From positions 133,397,631 to 133,430,826 of the forward strand of contig NC_068982.1 in NCBI RefSeq assembly GCF_001194135.2: 33,196 bases of DNA. The letters run 5' to 3'. This DNA is from Octopus bimaculoides (lineage: Eukaryota). The notes beneath the pieces are model-generated. The model was not told the DNA's origin. It worked only from the letters and a program-made list of their open reading frames with translations, and did not search any database. The position numbers and the translations under genes were made by a program. Below are positions 11,834 to 22,624 of the stretch, in pieces; positions within the stretch are counted from its first letter, which is position 1; each line of letters begins with the position of its first letter.

Positions 11834-12639
11834 NNNNNNNNNNNNNNNNNNNNNNNNNNNNNNNNNNNNNNNNNNNNNNNNNNNNNNNNNNNNNNNNNNN
11901 NNNNNNNNNNNNNNNNNNNNNNNNNNNNNNNNNNNNNNNNNNNNNNNNNNNNNNNNNNNNNNNNNNNNNNNNNNNNNNNNNNNNNNNNNNNNNNNNNNNN
12001 NNNNNNNNNNNNNNNNNNNNNNNNNNNNNNNNNNNNNNNNNNNNNNNNNNNNNNNNNNNNNNNNNNNNNNNNNNNNNNNNNNNNNNNNNNNNNNNNNNNN
12101 NNNNNNNNNNNNNNNNNNNNNNNNNNNNNNNNNNNNNNNNNNNNNNNNNNNNNNNNNNNNNNNNNNNNNNNNNNNNNNNNNNNNNNNNNNNNNNNNNNNN
12201 NNNNNNNNNNNNNNNNNNNNNNNNNNNNNNNNNNNNNNNNNNNNNNNNNNNNNNNNNNNNNNNNNNNNNNNNNNNNNNNNNNNNNNNNNNNNNNNNNNNN
12301 NNNNNNNNNNNNNNNNNNNNNNNNNNNNNNNNNNNNNNNNNNNNNNNNNNNNNNNNNNNNNNNNNNNNNNNNNNNNNNNNNNNNNNNNNNNNNNNNNNNN
12401 NNNNNNNNNNNNNNNNNNNNNNNNNNNNNNNNNNNNNNNNNNNNNNNNNNNNNNNNNNNNNNNNNNNNNNNNNNNNNNNNNNNNNNNNNNNNNNNNNNNN
12501 NNNNNNNNNNNNNNNNNNNNNNNNNNNNNNNNNNNNNNNNNNNNNNNNNNNNNNNNNNNNNNNNNNNNNNNNNNNNNNNNNNNNNNNNNNNNNNNNNNNN
12601 NNNNNNNNNNNNNNNNNNNNNNNNNNNNNNNNNNNNNNN
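11834..12639. other. Assembly gap
   Basis: Run of 806 N. Confidence 1.
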
Positions 12640-13075
12640 AAGGAAACGCTTCTGTGAACCAGCATATGTCTCTTAAGTCCGGGTATTGTTTTACAGACCT
12701 TGTGACATATGCCACAGGTCGTAGAAGGCGGTTGGTATTTAGGGTGTCTGGAATTTCTACCCTCATGTGTTTTCATGTGATTCACATATCCTGCTTTTGA
12801 CAGAAGAACGCGATCACACACAATATACATCCTATACTCTCCATTGTTTACAATTTTTCCCTTTCGACAGGCCCGCTTAAGCTCAAGTTGCTGAAACATC
12901 TTTTCCTCCCAGACATCACAGGTCGTCCTGACAATAGCTCTCCACTTGCTTCGATCCAGAACATCTCCTTCCCAATCACTTTCATACATATCTAGTTTTT
13001 TTAGGTTTTGTTTAATGCAATCTTTATACCTCTTTCTCGGTTTCTGCCGCGGTCGCTCACCAGAGCTGAGCTCAC

Positions 13076-13805
13076 NNNNNNNNNNNNNNNNNNNNNNNNN
13101 NNNNNNNNNNNNNNNNNNNNNNNNNNNNNNNNNNNNNNNNNNNNNNNNNNNNNNNNNNNNNNNNNNNNNNNNNNNNNNNNNNNNNNNNNNNNNNNNNNNN
13201 NNNNNNNNNNNNNNNNNNNNNNNNNNNNNNNNNNNNNNNNNNNNNNNNNNNNNNNNNNNNNNNNNNNNNNNNNNNNNNNNNNNNNNNNNNNNNNNNNNNN
13301 NNNNNNNNNNNNNNNNNNNNNNNNNNNNNNNNNNNNNNNNNNNNNNNNNNNNNNNNNNNNNNNNNNNNNNNNNNNNNNNNNNNNNNNNNNNNNNNNNNNN
13401 NNNNNNNNNNNNNNNNNNNNNNNNNNNNNNNNNNNNNNNNNNNNNNNNNNNNNNNNNNNNNNNNNNNNNNNNNNNNNNNNNNNNNNNNNNNNNNNNNNNN
13501 NNNNNNNNNNNNNNNNNNNNNNNNNNNNNNNNNNNNNNNNNNNNNNNNNNNNNNNNNNNNNNNNNNNNNNNNNNNNNNNNNNNNNNNNNNNNNNNNNNNN
13601 NNNNNNNNNNNNNNNNNNNNNNNNNNNNNNNNNNNNNNNNNNNNNNNNNNNNNNNNNNNNNNNNNNNNNNNNNNNNNNNNNNNNNNNNNNNNNNNNNNNN
13701 NNNNNNNNNNNNNNNNNNNNNNNNNNNNNNNNNNNNNNNNNNNNNNNNNNNNNNNNNNNNNNNNNNNNNNNNNNNNNNNNNNNNNNNNNNNNNNNNNNNN
13801 NNNNN
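13076..13805. other. Assembly gap
   Basis: Run of 730 N. Confidence 1.
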
Positions 13806-13957
13806 ATATGGTTGGCGTTAGAAAGGGCATCCAGCTGTAGAAACTCTGCCAAATCAGATTGGAGCCTGGTGTTGCCATCTGGCTTCACCAGTCCTCAGTC
13901 AAATCGTCCAACCCATGCTAGCATGGAAAGCGGACGTTAAACGATGATGATGATGAT
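13806..13957 (+). mobile_element. Young RTE 3' end (5' side lost in the gap)
   Basis: ggttggcgttag...ccatgctagcatggaaagcggacgttaaac(gat)n; about 4 mismatches to the reverse complement of 15686-15838. Confidence 0.9.
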
Positions 13958-14032
13958 ACATATATATACACATTATATATATATATATACACACACACAC
14001 ATATATATATAAATATAGATATAAAGACTTTA

Positions 14033-14071
<39 letters not shown>

Positions 14072-14127
14072 TATATATATACACATTATATATATATATG
14101 TATACATATTATATAAATATTTATATA
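13958..14127. repeat. Compound (AT)n/(AC)n microsatellite
   Basis: Visible dinucleotide runs. Confidence 0.95.
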
Positions 14128-14586
14128 TGTGCCAGAGGAACATTAAAAGCACCATCTGAGCGTGACTGTTGCCAGGGTCGCTGACTGGCTTCTGTGCTGG
14201 TAGCATGTAAAAAGCACCATTTGAGTGTGACCGTTGCCAGTGTCGCCTTACTTGCACATGTACCGGTGGCACGTGAAAAACAATATTTGAGTGTGGTCGT
14301 TGCCAGTGCTGCTGGACTGGCTCCCATGCAGGTGGCACATAAAAACATCTTTTGAGCGTGGTCATTGCCAGTACCGTCTGACTGGCCCTCATGCTAGTGG
14401 CACGTAAATACACCCACTACACTCTGAGAGTGGTTGGCGTTAGGAAGGGCATCCAGCTGTAGAAACTTTGCCAGATCAGATTAGAGCCTGGTGCAGCTTT
14501 CTGGCTTGTCAGTCCTCAGTCAAACCGTCCAACCCATGCCAGCATGGAAAGCAGACGTTAAACAATGATGATGATGATGATGATGA
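14128..14586 (+). mobile_element. RTE 3'UTR with four tandem units of about 65 bp and a (GAT)n tail
   Basis: Units begin aaaa(g)cac/aacaat...ttgag(c/t)gtg...ttgccag...tggcac at about 14147, 14205, 14276, 14341; the standard 3' end follows. Confidence 0.88.
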
Positions 14587-14650
14587 TATATACACACACA
14601 CATATATAAATTAACACAATAAATATCTGATTAATAATATCTGTTATCAT

Positions 14651-14760
14651 GATTGTGCAGTGGTGGTGGACGATAATAATTCACCGTTCTAAAAGACCTG
14701 TGGCGGGAGGATTGTGCGGTGGTGGTGGGCGATAATAATTCACCATTGTGAATTATTATC
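14651..14760. repeat. 35-bp direct repeat followed by a 13-bp perfect hairpin
   Basis: gattgtgc(a/g)gtggtggtgg(a/g)cgataataattcacc at 14651-14685 and 14710-14744; gataataattcac-catt-gtgaattattatc at 14731-14760. Confidence 0.85.
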
Positions 14761-15208
14761 CTGTGGTGGGAATATTTAAACTTTTGTGGCTGTCAGCGCT
14801 TTCTCTCTATAGATACAGGCAGACGTACAGAGAGAGAGGTGGTGGGGGAAAGAGTGACAGAGAGACTGGGAAGGCAGAGAGGGAAAGAGAGTGGATGGTG
14901 TCAAAAGTTGTTATAGAGAGAGTGTGGAGGGAAGGGAGGAAAGGGAGAGATCAAGGAAGACGGGGTAATATCCGAAAGAGAGAAACGACAAAACACTTGT
15001 CAAAGTCTGGGTTTTGTTGCCCTTGTAACTACAGCTTTTGAGATGGAGATTTCTAACCTAGTCCAGTCGCTTCCTCGCCTCATTTTACATGTCCCTGTAA
15101 AATTTCACCACAATCCAAGCACACCTACAGCCATTGAACCCGGCATAACCACTAAATGAGACACACAAACATACAACTTTTGGCCATTTCACTTTTATAT
15201 ATAGAGAT

Positions 15209-15239
<31 letters not shown>

Positions 15240-15460
15240 TACACACACATATATTCATACATACATACGTACATTCATAAATCATTGTCATTGTCATAAT
15301 TATCATTTTTCTTTTTTACAGCCATTTTTCCATATTGGCATGAGGTGAACAAAACTTGTCAAGACAGATATCCTATGGCCAGATACTCATTGTTCCAAGA
15401 AATGTATTTTCATTTAACTGGTCATCATATGTTGAAAGCAATAAGGCCATTACAACTATT

Positions 15461-16187
15461 CTTTTACTCTTTTACTCTTTTACTTGTTTCAGTCATTTGA
15501 CTGCGGCCATGCAGGAGCATCACCTTTAGTCGAGCAAATCAACCCCAGGATTTATTCTTTGTAAGCCTAGTACTTATTCTATCGGTCTCTTTTGCCGAAC
15601 CGCTAAGTTACGGGGGCGTAAACACACCAGCATTGATTGCCAAGCGATGTTGGGAGGACAAACACAAACACACATATATATACATCATCATCATCATCAT
15701 CATCGTTTAACGTCCGCTTTCCATGCTAGCATGGGTTGGACGATTTGACTGAGGACTGGTGAAACCGGATGGCAACACCAGGCTCCAGTCTGATTTGGCA
15801 GAGTTTCTACAGCTGGATGCCCTTCCTAACGCCAACCACTCAGAGAGTGTAGTGGGTGCTTTTACGTGTCACCCGCACGAAAACGGCCACGCTCGAAATG
15901 GTGTCTTTTATGTGCCACCCGCACAAGCCAGTCCAGGGGCACTGGCAACGATCTTACTTGGCTTGCCGGGTCTTCTCACGCACAGCCCATTTCCAAAGGT
16001 CTCACATATATATACATATACATATATATACAACGGGCTTCTTTCAGTTTCTGTCTACCAAATCCACTTACAAGGCTTTGGTCGGCCCGAGGCTATAGCA
16101 GAAGACACTTGCCCAAAGTGCCATGCAGTGGGACTGAACCCAGAACCATGTGGTTGGTAAGCAAGCTACTTACCACACAGCCACTCC
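15461..16187 (-). mobile_element. tRNA-derived SINE interrupted by an RTE insertion
   Basis: Minus strand: A box TGGCTGTGTGG (16173-16183), B box GGTTCAGTCCC (16130-16140), a CORE-like ggcactttgggcaagtgtc, and a (TTTTACTC)n tail at 15461-15484. Confidence 0.9.
15686..16002 (-). mobile_element. 5'-truncated RTE copy (last ORF2 codons, 3'UTR, tail) with 15-bp TSD
   Basis: Minus strand reads DLWKWAVREKTRQAK*, then UTR and (GAT)n; cacatatatatacat at 15671-15685 and 16003-16017. Confidence 0.9.
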
Positions 16188-16369
16188 TATTGAAATATTA
16201 CCTTCCAGAAAATTTAAGTAAGGATAATTTTTAATCAGGCAATATTAATGGCAACACATTTAGGTGCCTATGTAGTCATAAGCAGACATGGACGACTTCT
16301 AGGTTCTCTCTGCTTTCATCCAGCAAAACATCAAAAACACGAGGGAAGGAGAAAAGGTCTCACCAACAC

Positions 16370-16518
16370 TAGGCTGGTACTTATTTTCAATTGAATAGAC
16401 TAAAGCAATGTGAAATGAAACGTCTTGCTTAAGGATACAAAGTGCTACTCAGTCCAGGAATCAAATCCATGACTTATGATCATAAACCCAACCTAACCAC
16501 TATGTAATGTACCTTCAT
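16370..16518 (-). mobile_element. Degenerate tRNA-SINE, second family (as 24691-25016)
   Basis: gcaatgtgaaatgaaacgtcttgcttaagga...ggaatcaaa...ctaaccacta...ccttca aligns to 24900-25016. Confidence 0.65.
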
Positions 16519-16599
16519 ACCAACTTTAAAAAGAAACATGTCCCCAGAAATACCTGTTTCCCAGCCCTAGGACTCATAGAGTCAGTTACTCAATTTCCA

Positions 16600-16808
16600 T
16601 GTTGTATAAGCCACCAAGATCACAACATTTTTCCCTGAACATGACACTAGTCTATTACAGAGCTATCTTTTACAGCTGAGTGGACAGGAGCAACGTGAAA
16701 TGAAGTGTTTTGCTCAAGAACACAACTCACTACCTAGTCAAGGAAATGAAACCATAATCTTGCAATCATGAGTACAGTGCCCTAACTACTTGGTCACATG
16801 CCTTCACT
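16600..16808 (-). mobile_element. tRNA-SINE, second family (head shared, body variant)
   Basis: cagctgagtggacaggagcaacgtgaaatgaagtgttttgctcaagaacacaac...ccctaactac...ccttcac. Confidence 0.8.
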
Positions 16809-16860
16809 TCACATCAGTCACTACTACAGAATTCTATTTACTTTCTTAAATACTTTTCAG

Positions 16861-17066
16861 CCCTTTAGTATTCAAACCAGCCATATCAGGCCTAAATATT
16901 CTACCTGTTTTATGTTCAAACTGACCAGATCAGGCCTTTCACATCTACCATAAACTATACAATCACTTCATTGAAATCACAAAGCTACAAAATAATGTAG
17001 GATAAATTCAAAACAATGTGAATAAATAAGTATTACATTTAACAAAGTAATCTGAATGCTATAGAG
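16861..17066. mobile_element. piggyBac-type MITE
   Basis: Left end ccctttagtattc; right end gaatgctatagag followed by TTAA (17067-17070). The left TTAA is not preserved (tcag). Confidence 0.6.
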
Positions 17067-18414
17067 TTAAGCATATAAGTAAAAATTCATCTATCTATCA
17101 GAGCAGGCATGTGCAACTTGTCATGAAAATAAAAATCCTTAAGAAAGAACAATGAGGTTGACATCTCACACGTGTAAGTGTAATATATTTAAGCCTATGT
17201 ATAGTCTATATGTAGTGAAGTCATTTTTATGTCTGTTTGTGGTAAAAACAGATGTTAGAATCAATTATATATATGCAGTTGGCATAATTACAATTGGTAA
17301 TATTTCAGTTTTACTGCCAATATCTAAGACAGGTGTTGGTTGATAAAAGCAAGAAGTAGCTCTTACAACATACAGTATACAACTGACTTACTTTTCAATG
17401 CAAATTACAACAATTTCAGCTTAGTTTTATATCAGTTTTCTTGGCCTTTCATCCAGGTCTGGACTGATTGATAAAATTTACTTTTCTCTTGTTAAACTTT
17501 ATCTAGGATCTAGTCAAATAAATGCTCAAAAAAGCAGTATGAAAATAATGGAATTTCTCCAGTCTTTATGGTAGATATCTACACTTACATATTGTATTAA
17601 ACTATACATGCACTATAAGACATTATTTTAGGGCTGCTATAACTTAAATACACACACACATGCAAACATATGCATAGTTAAAGTAAATGATTAGATTCTT
17701 GGTTTCAATCAAGAGTATTCAAGTTGTTTGGTAAACTTATCTGCCTGCTCATTAAAAAAATAATGACTAGCTTATTCTATACAATGCTCAGGTGCACTAT
17801 AACTCTTCAGAAAAGGATAAATAAGAAGACAGAAAGCAGCAATATGTAGAATACAGAGAGACAACAATAATAACCCAAAGTAAATGCATAGCATATAGGA
17901 TAAATTACAAGAAGACAGAAAAGTGTAAAGTAAAAGAGCCATAAAGAGGACAAAGCACATATGCATGTAAAAGTAGTGTTGGTGGATTTTGGAAAGCATG
18001 GAATTTTTGAAGGGTGCAGTGTTTTTACAGCTAACAACTGATGTGGGTAATTTATCACATACTTCAAAAATTCTGAACATGAAAAAAATGTTTCCAAAAG
18101 TCATGGGTGCTGCACTGTTTTTGATTTTATAAGCATGTCCATAAGTAGTAGAGATATTGAATTCAAAAAGATAGCCAAAGTTGTTGTTGGAAAGACGGTG
18201 GATAATATTGTGGGCTTCTACTAAGTCAGCTGTTAGACATTGAAACTGTAGTGTGTTGATAAATACCTAGAGAAGCAAGTCATTCAAAACAGATTTTATT
18301 GAAAGTGGTTGAATATTCCACTAATACTTAAAACTTTCAAGTAGTCAACAGACAGAATCGGTGTGACAGAAAGTGACAAAGCCCCTTGAACTACAGATGT
18401 AGTAACTGCAGCAG

Positions 18415-18565
18415 GCTTCTTCACAGTTTTCATCTACCTAATTCCACTCACAAGACTTGGGTCAACATAAGACAATGATAAAAGACTCGTGTCAAAGGTA
18501 AAATGCAGCAGGATTGAACCTGTAACATCATGATTGCAAAGTGAACTTATTAACCATCCAACCAT
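18415..18565 (-). mobile_element. Old tRNA-SINE head fragment (first family)
   Basis: cttcttcacagttttcatctacctaattccactcacaagacttgggtc...ggattgaacc...aacca resembles 16035-16180. Confidence 0.6.
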
Positions 18566-21500
18566 CTACTCTTGTGTATACATTAATAACATGTATATAT
18601 TATTTAATAATAGCTTGACTCAACTCTATGCAATTTAAAATTTTGTAGGCTAGTTGAACAAACCTAACCTGTCCAGCACTTAGAGAGAGAAATAGGGTAT
18701 AAGATAAATTTAAGATGGCTTCCTCATGTTAGGCTTCTATTGGTCAATTTGGGTCATGTGGTGTTATTGATCTGGAAGCGACATCAATTACTTTCTTTGT
18801 TGTTAAGCTTACATGGTCAGACAGGATGTTGGTAGGTAGCTGTTGCCACTATGTCTTGAAGCAATGATATGGTTTATTTAGAGACATCAGCCATTCCTTT
18901 GATGCAACACATGGCAGGGTAGGGTGTTGTTGTGGGTAAGTGGAGAATATACACCTTAGCAGAAACAGCCTTTCCATGGAAATAAGCAGATTTGGTGATG
19001 CTGGATTGAAATTTGATGGTGTTAGGTTTGATTGTCAGTATAGATGGGATGTAATTTATATTGGTAGCAGGAGTTAAGTACCATGCATTTGTGTATAGAG
19101 CAGCCAAGCCTAAGGTGGTATATTTGGATTGTCAGCTATTAACAGGGTGTACCTCTGGAGGTCACACTAATAACTGTCTTCATGAAATTGCATTGTTGTT
19201 TAAGGGAAAATTTAAGTAATATTTTAAACATTATTTTAAAGCAATATTAAAAAAAAATTTAAAACAATGATTGAATGTGTGCATGTGTGTGCACATGCGC
19301 ATGTGAAATAAGTATTTGTGAATACAAAATTACTTGATTTTGCATAGATAAAGCAAAACCATATAGGAATGGTAGTTTCATATCATAAAGGCATTGTGAA
19401 CTTTGACTGAAAAATGAAGTATTTTGTTTCAAGGTAATAATCATTTGAACAAAAGAAATGTTGTTTATGCTTTGTAAATATAGCATCCTTGAATTTCATC
19501 CTGGTTCTGAGAGTAACAGTGTTGGTTTTCAAGTGCTTTCAGAAAGAAAAAATTAATATGCACAAAAGCATAACATGTACACACAAACATACACTCACAC
19601 ACATGTACACATACTCATACATTCAGAAGAGTAATGAGCAGCAAAATAATAATAATGCAGTAGACAGGCAAAAGATGAAAGGAAGACAATGTGTGGGTGG
19701 GTAGGTTGTAAGAGTGTGAGTAGAAAGTGCATGGAGAGAATGAGATGATGATATAAGCAAATCAGCAAGAAGTGGTTTAGTGGAGAGAAGACCATAGAGA
19801 AATTGAGAGATGTACAGTATTAGAGATGATAACAAAAAAGGAGAGTAAGGGTTATTGGTGGGCTTTGATAGAAGTGAAAGACAAGTAGCTGGTGCAGAAG
19901 AGCAAAATCCATTGTGTAAAACAGTTCCAGTATCCTTAAAATGTGGGTAGTGCCAGATTATCAAATATGTCACTGTGTTAGGCTTTTTTTTAACCAGGTC
20001 ATCAATGTTATAAGTGTCAATTCAAGTTTCTTTGATCTTGATATTTGTATCGTCATGTAACTATTTGGTGTTTTGAATGGCCATTAGTGTATTCTCAGAT
20101 CATTTTGCATGAAACCACTTAAATAATACAGCAATTTTTTCTAAATTTTTATTTTATTGTATTTCTTTTTAATGTTTGCCTTGCATCAACATCTTTACTA
20201 GTCTCTGAATCAGGATGAATTACATTAACTTGTCCTTTTGCTTCTTAATATCATAAATTGTTGAAAAATCTGTTATATTTATTCTCAATAGCATTCCAGT
20301 TTTCACCTCTTTTCAAATATTTCATTATTTTAATATAAAAATTAAATGCTTTCTCTACACACTTGTCCAACCTTGTTTTTTTTTTATATTGGCACTGGAA
20401 GATATTTTCACTAATGGATAGACACTGTGTAAGTAGATAAATGTAGTTACAAAACATTTAAGTACTGGTCACTCTTATTTTTTTACTTGAATGCAATCAA
20501 TGATAGAATGATGTCAGTGACTAGTGATGGCACCAACAAACAAGAAAAATAATTGTCAAGAAGAAAAATAAAAAGGGCAGTTGGGTCTACCAGACTATTG
20601 GATACTAATATTAATGTAACTTTACTGTAGTAGCAGAACATGACTCAAAGAGGAGAAAAAGCACATCAGTGGACTAGTGGTTGCTTGTAGTGATTGTAAT
20701 GAACCTTTGGTAATCAACTAGATTGACATTTCAGGTGCAGTCAGACTTTTTTATGGCTTAACCAGAAAGATGAATGGTTGGGTGCCTATAACCAAGACTC
20801 ATGAGATTGATACAGTTAATATCTAGCTTGAATATCTGAGAGTCAACATTTATAGGAAAAACTTGGGTGGGGATTTAATTTCAAATGGCTAATACCTGAG
20901 TGACTGAGAAATTTATTTCATGTAGAGTCTGAGTGAGACACAGTAGTAATGAATAGGCAAAAATGAGAATGAGTGCATTGGGTTAGTTAAAGTAGAAGGG
21001 GTCTACAGTTTGTTAGTTCCAAGAATCAGGTTTTGTAGTAATTTGTGATAGAAAAACCAGAAGGAAAAAATGATGTATCTATTGGGCAGCGTTTGTAGCA
21101 TGCTGGTAAATAAATCTTCTGCTAGTGAGCTGAATAGCAACTAGCAGCAGTGTAGTTCCAGATATAAGCCTTACCCAAGCTGTGAAAAAAATTAATAATT
21201 GATTAGAAATTAAATATTTCATGGTCCTGGAAAGGAAACCTTGTCTATCAAATGTTGTTTTATCAATTTTATACTTGCAAACTCATCACATGAAACTGAA
21301 AGATTATGAGAATTAGTTTAACAATTTTTATAGCTTAGTTGTTCTGTGTTAAACTGTCACATCAAGGGGTCTAGTGAAATATTATTTTCTTAATAAGTAT
21401 AGTGATCATAGATTTTCAATTATGTTCATAGTTCAACTTCTGTCAGAGTTGATTTAGCATTTCATTTCACCTGCCCTGGAATTGATTTAGTAAATTCTTG

Positions 21501-21591
21501 TAAAACTCTGTAGTTAAGTCATTTGGCTATACACATATGAAAAAAATAAATGTATCGCATTAAAAAAAAAAAACAAATGTTTTAAATATAA

Positions 21592-22285
21592 TTATTATCA
21601 TCATCATTATTAATATTTAATATCTGATTTCCATGCTGGCATGGGTTGGATGGTTTGACAAGAACTAACAAGGCAAGGCCCTGTACCAGGTTCCATTATC
21701 TGCTTTGGCTTTGTTTCTATAGCTGGATACTTTTGCTAACACCAACCACTTCACAGAATTCACTCGGTACTTTTTATGTGGCACCATAACTAATGCTTTT
21801 TTGCATGGCACTAGCATCCACACCAATACTTTTTATGTGGCACTTTAGTTTTAGAATCTCAATTCTGTTGTGGTGGATGAATCTTCTTGAGTACAGCAAT
21901 GTGCCATATAATTCGGTCCTCTGTCATCTCCTTTGTAAGGTTCAGTATTTTCAGATCAGCCTTCAATACTTTGTCCCACGTCTCCTTGGGTTTCCCTTTT
22001 CCACATTTTCCTTCAACTTTAAGTGATTGGCACTTCTTTATGCAACTGTCCTCATCTGTCCACATTGCAGGACAAAACCAGTGCAGTCTCCTTTCTTCCA
22101 CATTGCATATAATTCTTCTTATGCCTAACTTCTCTCTCAGTAAGCCAATGCTTCATTGCATATGCACACTGACATCGCACATCCAGTGGAGCATATCAAC
22201 TTTGTTCCTCTCTAGCCTTCACATGTCCTTTGCATTCTGGACTCATGTCCTACTAGCATGCAGCATCGCAGGCCATATGCAATAA
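21592..22285 (-). mobile_element. RTE LINE 3' fragment: ORF2 C-terminus, 3'UTR and tail
   Basis: Minus strand: CIWPAMLHASRT*...RLERNKVDMLHWMCDVSV...LREKLGIRR...ERRLHWFC...KCQSLKVEGKCGKGKPKETWDKVLKADL...MTEDRIIWHIAV; UTR with ccatgctggcatgg; (GAT)n-like tail at 21592-21612. Confidence 0.9.
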
Positions 22286-22557
22286 TATGAATTTATATCA
22301 TTGTCATCATTATAATCATATAGTCATTGTTGTCATAGGTGGCAGTGGTGGCCAGAGCAGTGGCAGTGTTGGTGGCAATGATACACCATCAGTGTTGGCA
22401 TCAATGCTGCTGATACCACTGATGCTACAGCTGCTGCTGACACTACCACTGACACCAACACTGCCACCACTGTGTGTGTGTGGTTTGGAGTTCAGTCTCA
22501 CTGTGCAGCACCATAGCTCCAGGCTAACTAACTAATGCATTGGGAGTGAATTTGGTA

Positions 22558-22624
22558 AATGAAAACCCTTCAAGGTGGTGCCCCAGCATGGCCATAGTCC
22601 AATAACTGAAATAAGTAAAAGATA
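22558..22624 (+). mobile_element. tRNA-SINE 3' tail fragment
   Basis: aaggtggtgccccagcatggccatagtccaataactgaaataagtaaaaga is the reverse complement of the 15470-15530 motif. Confidence 0.65.

Larger units (their letters stand above)
11698..13075 (-). mobile_element. RTE (BovB-like) LINE 3' part with C-terminal zinc fingers, bracketed by gaps; probable 3'UTR and (TAA)n tail at 11698-11833
   Basis: 12640-13073 is a stop-free frame: ELSSGERPRQKPRKRYKDCIKQNLKKLDMYESDWEGDVLDRSKWRAIV...CDRVLLSKAGYVNHMKTH...CGICHKVCKTIPGLKRHMLVH. Linking the tail across the gap is inferred. Confidence 0.85.

Noticed and set aside
11771-13940. Long ORFs (268-386 aa) in the supplied track
   Set aside because: They are artefacts of N runs translated as X. 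Only the 12640-13073 minus frame is real, and it is LINE ORF2.
14147-14410. CRISPR-like regular repeat array (also 26320-26404)
   Set aside because: The units are contiguous tandem copies without unique spacers, there are no cas genes, and the context is eukaryotic.
17507-17570. Plus-strand exon candidate GSSQINAQKSSMKIMEFLQSLW
   Set aside because: Weak donor (gtagat), no recognisable homology, and no partner exons.
19623-19973. 116-aa minus-strand ORF with faint resemblance to a CR1 RT segment
   Set aside because: Low-complexity pyrimidine-rich strand; the catalytic motifs are not recoverable.
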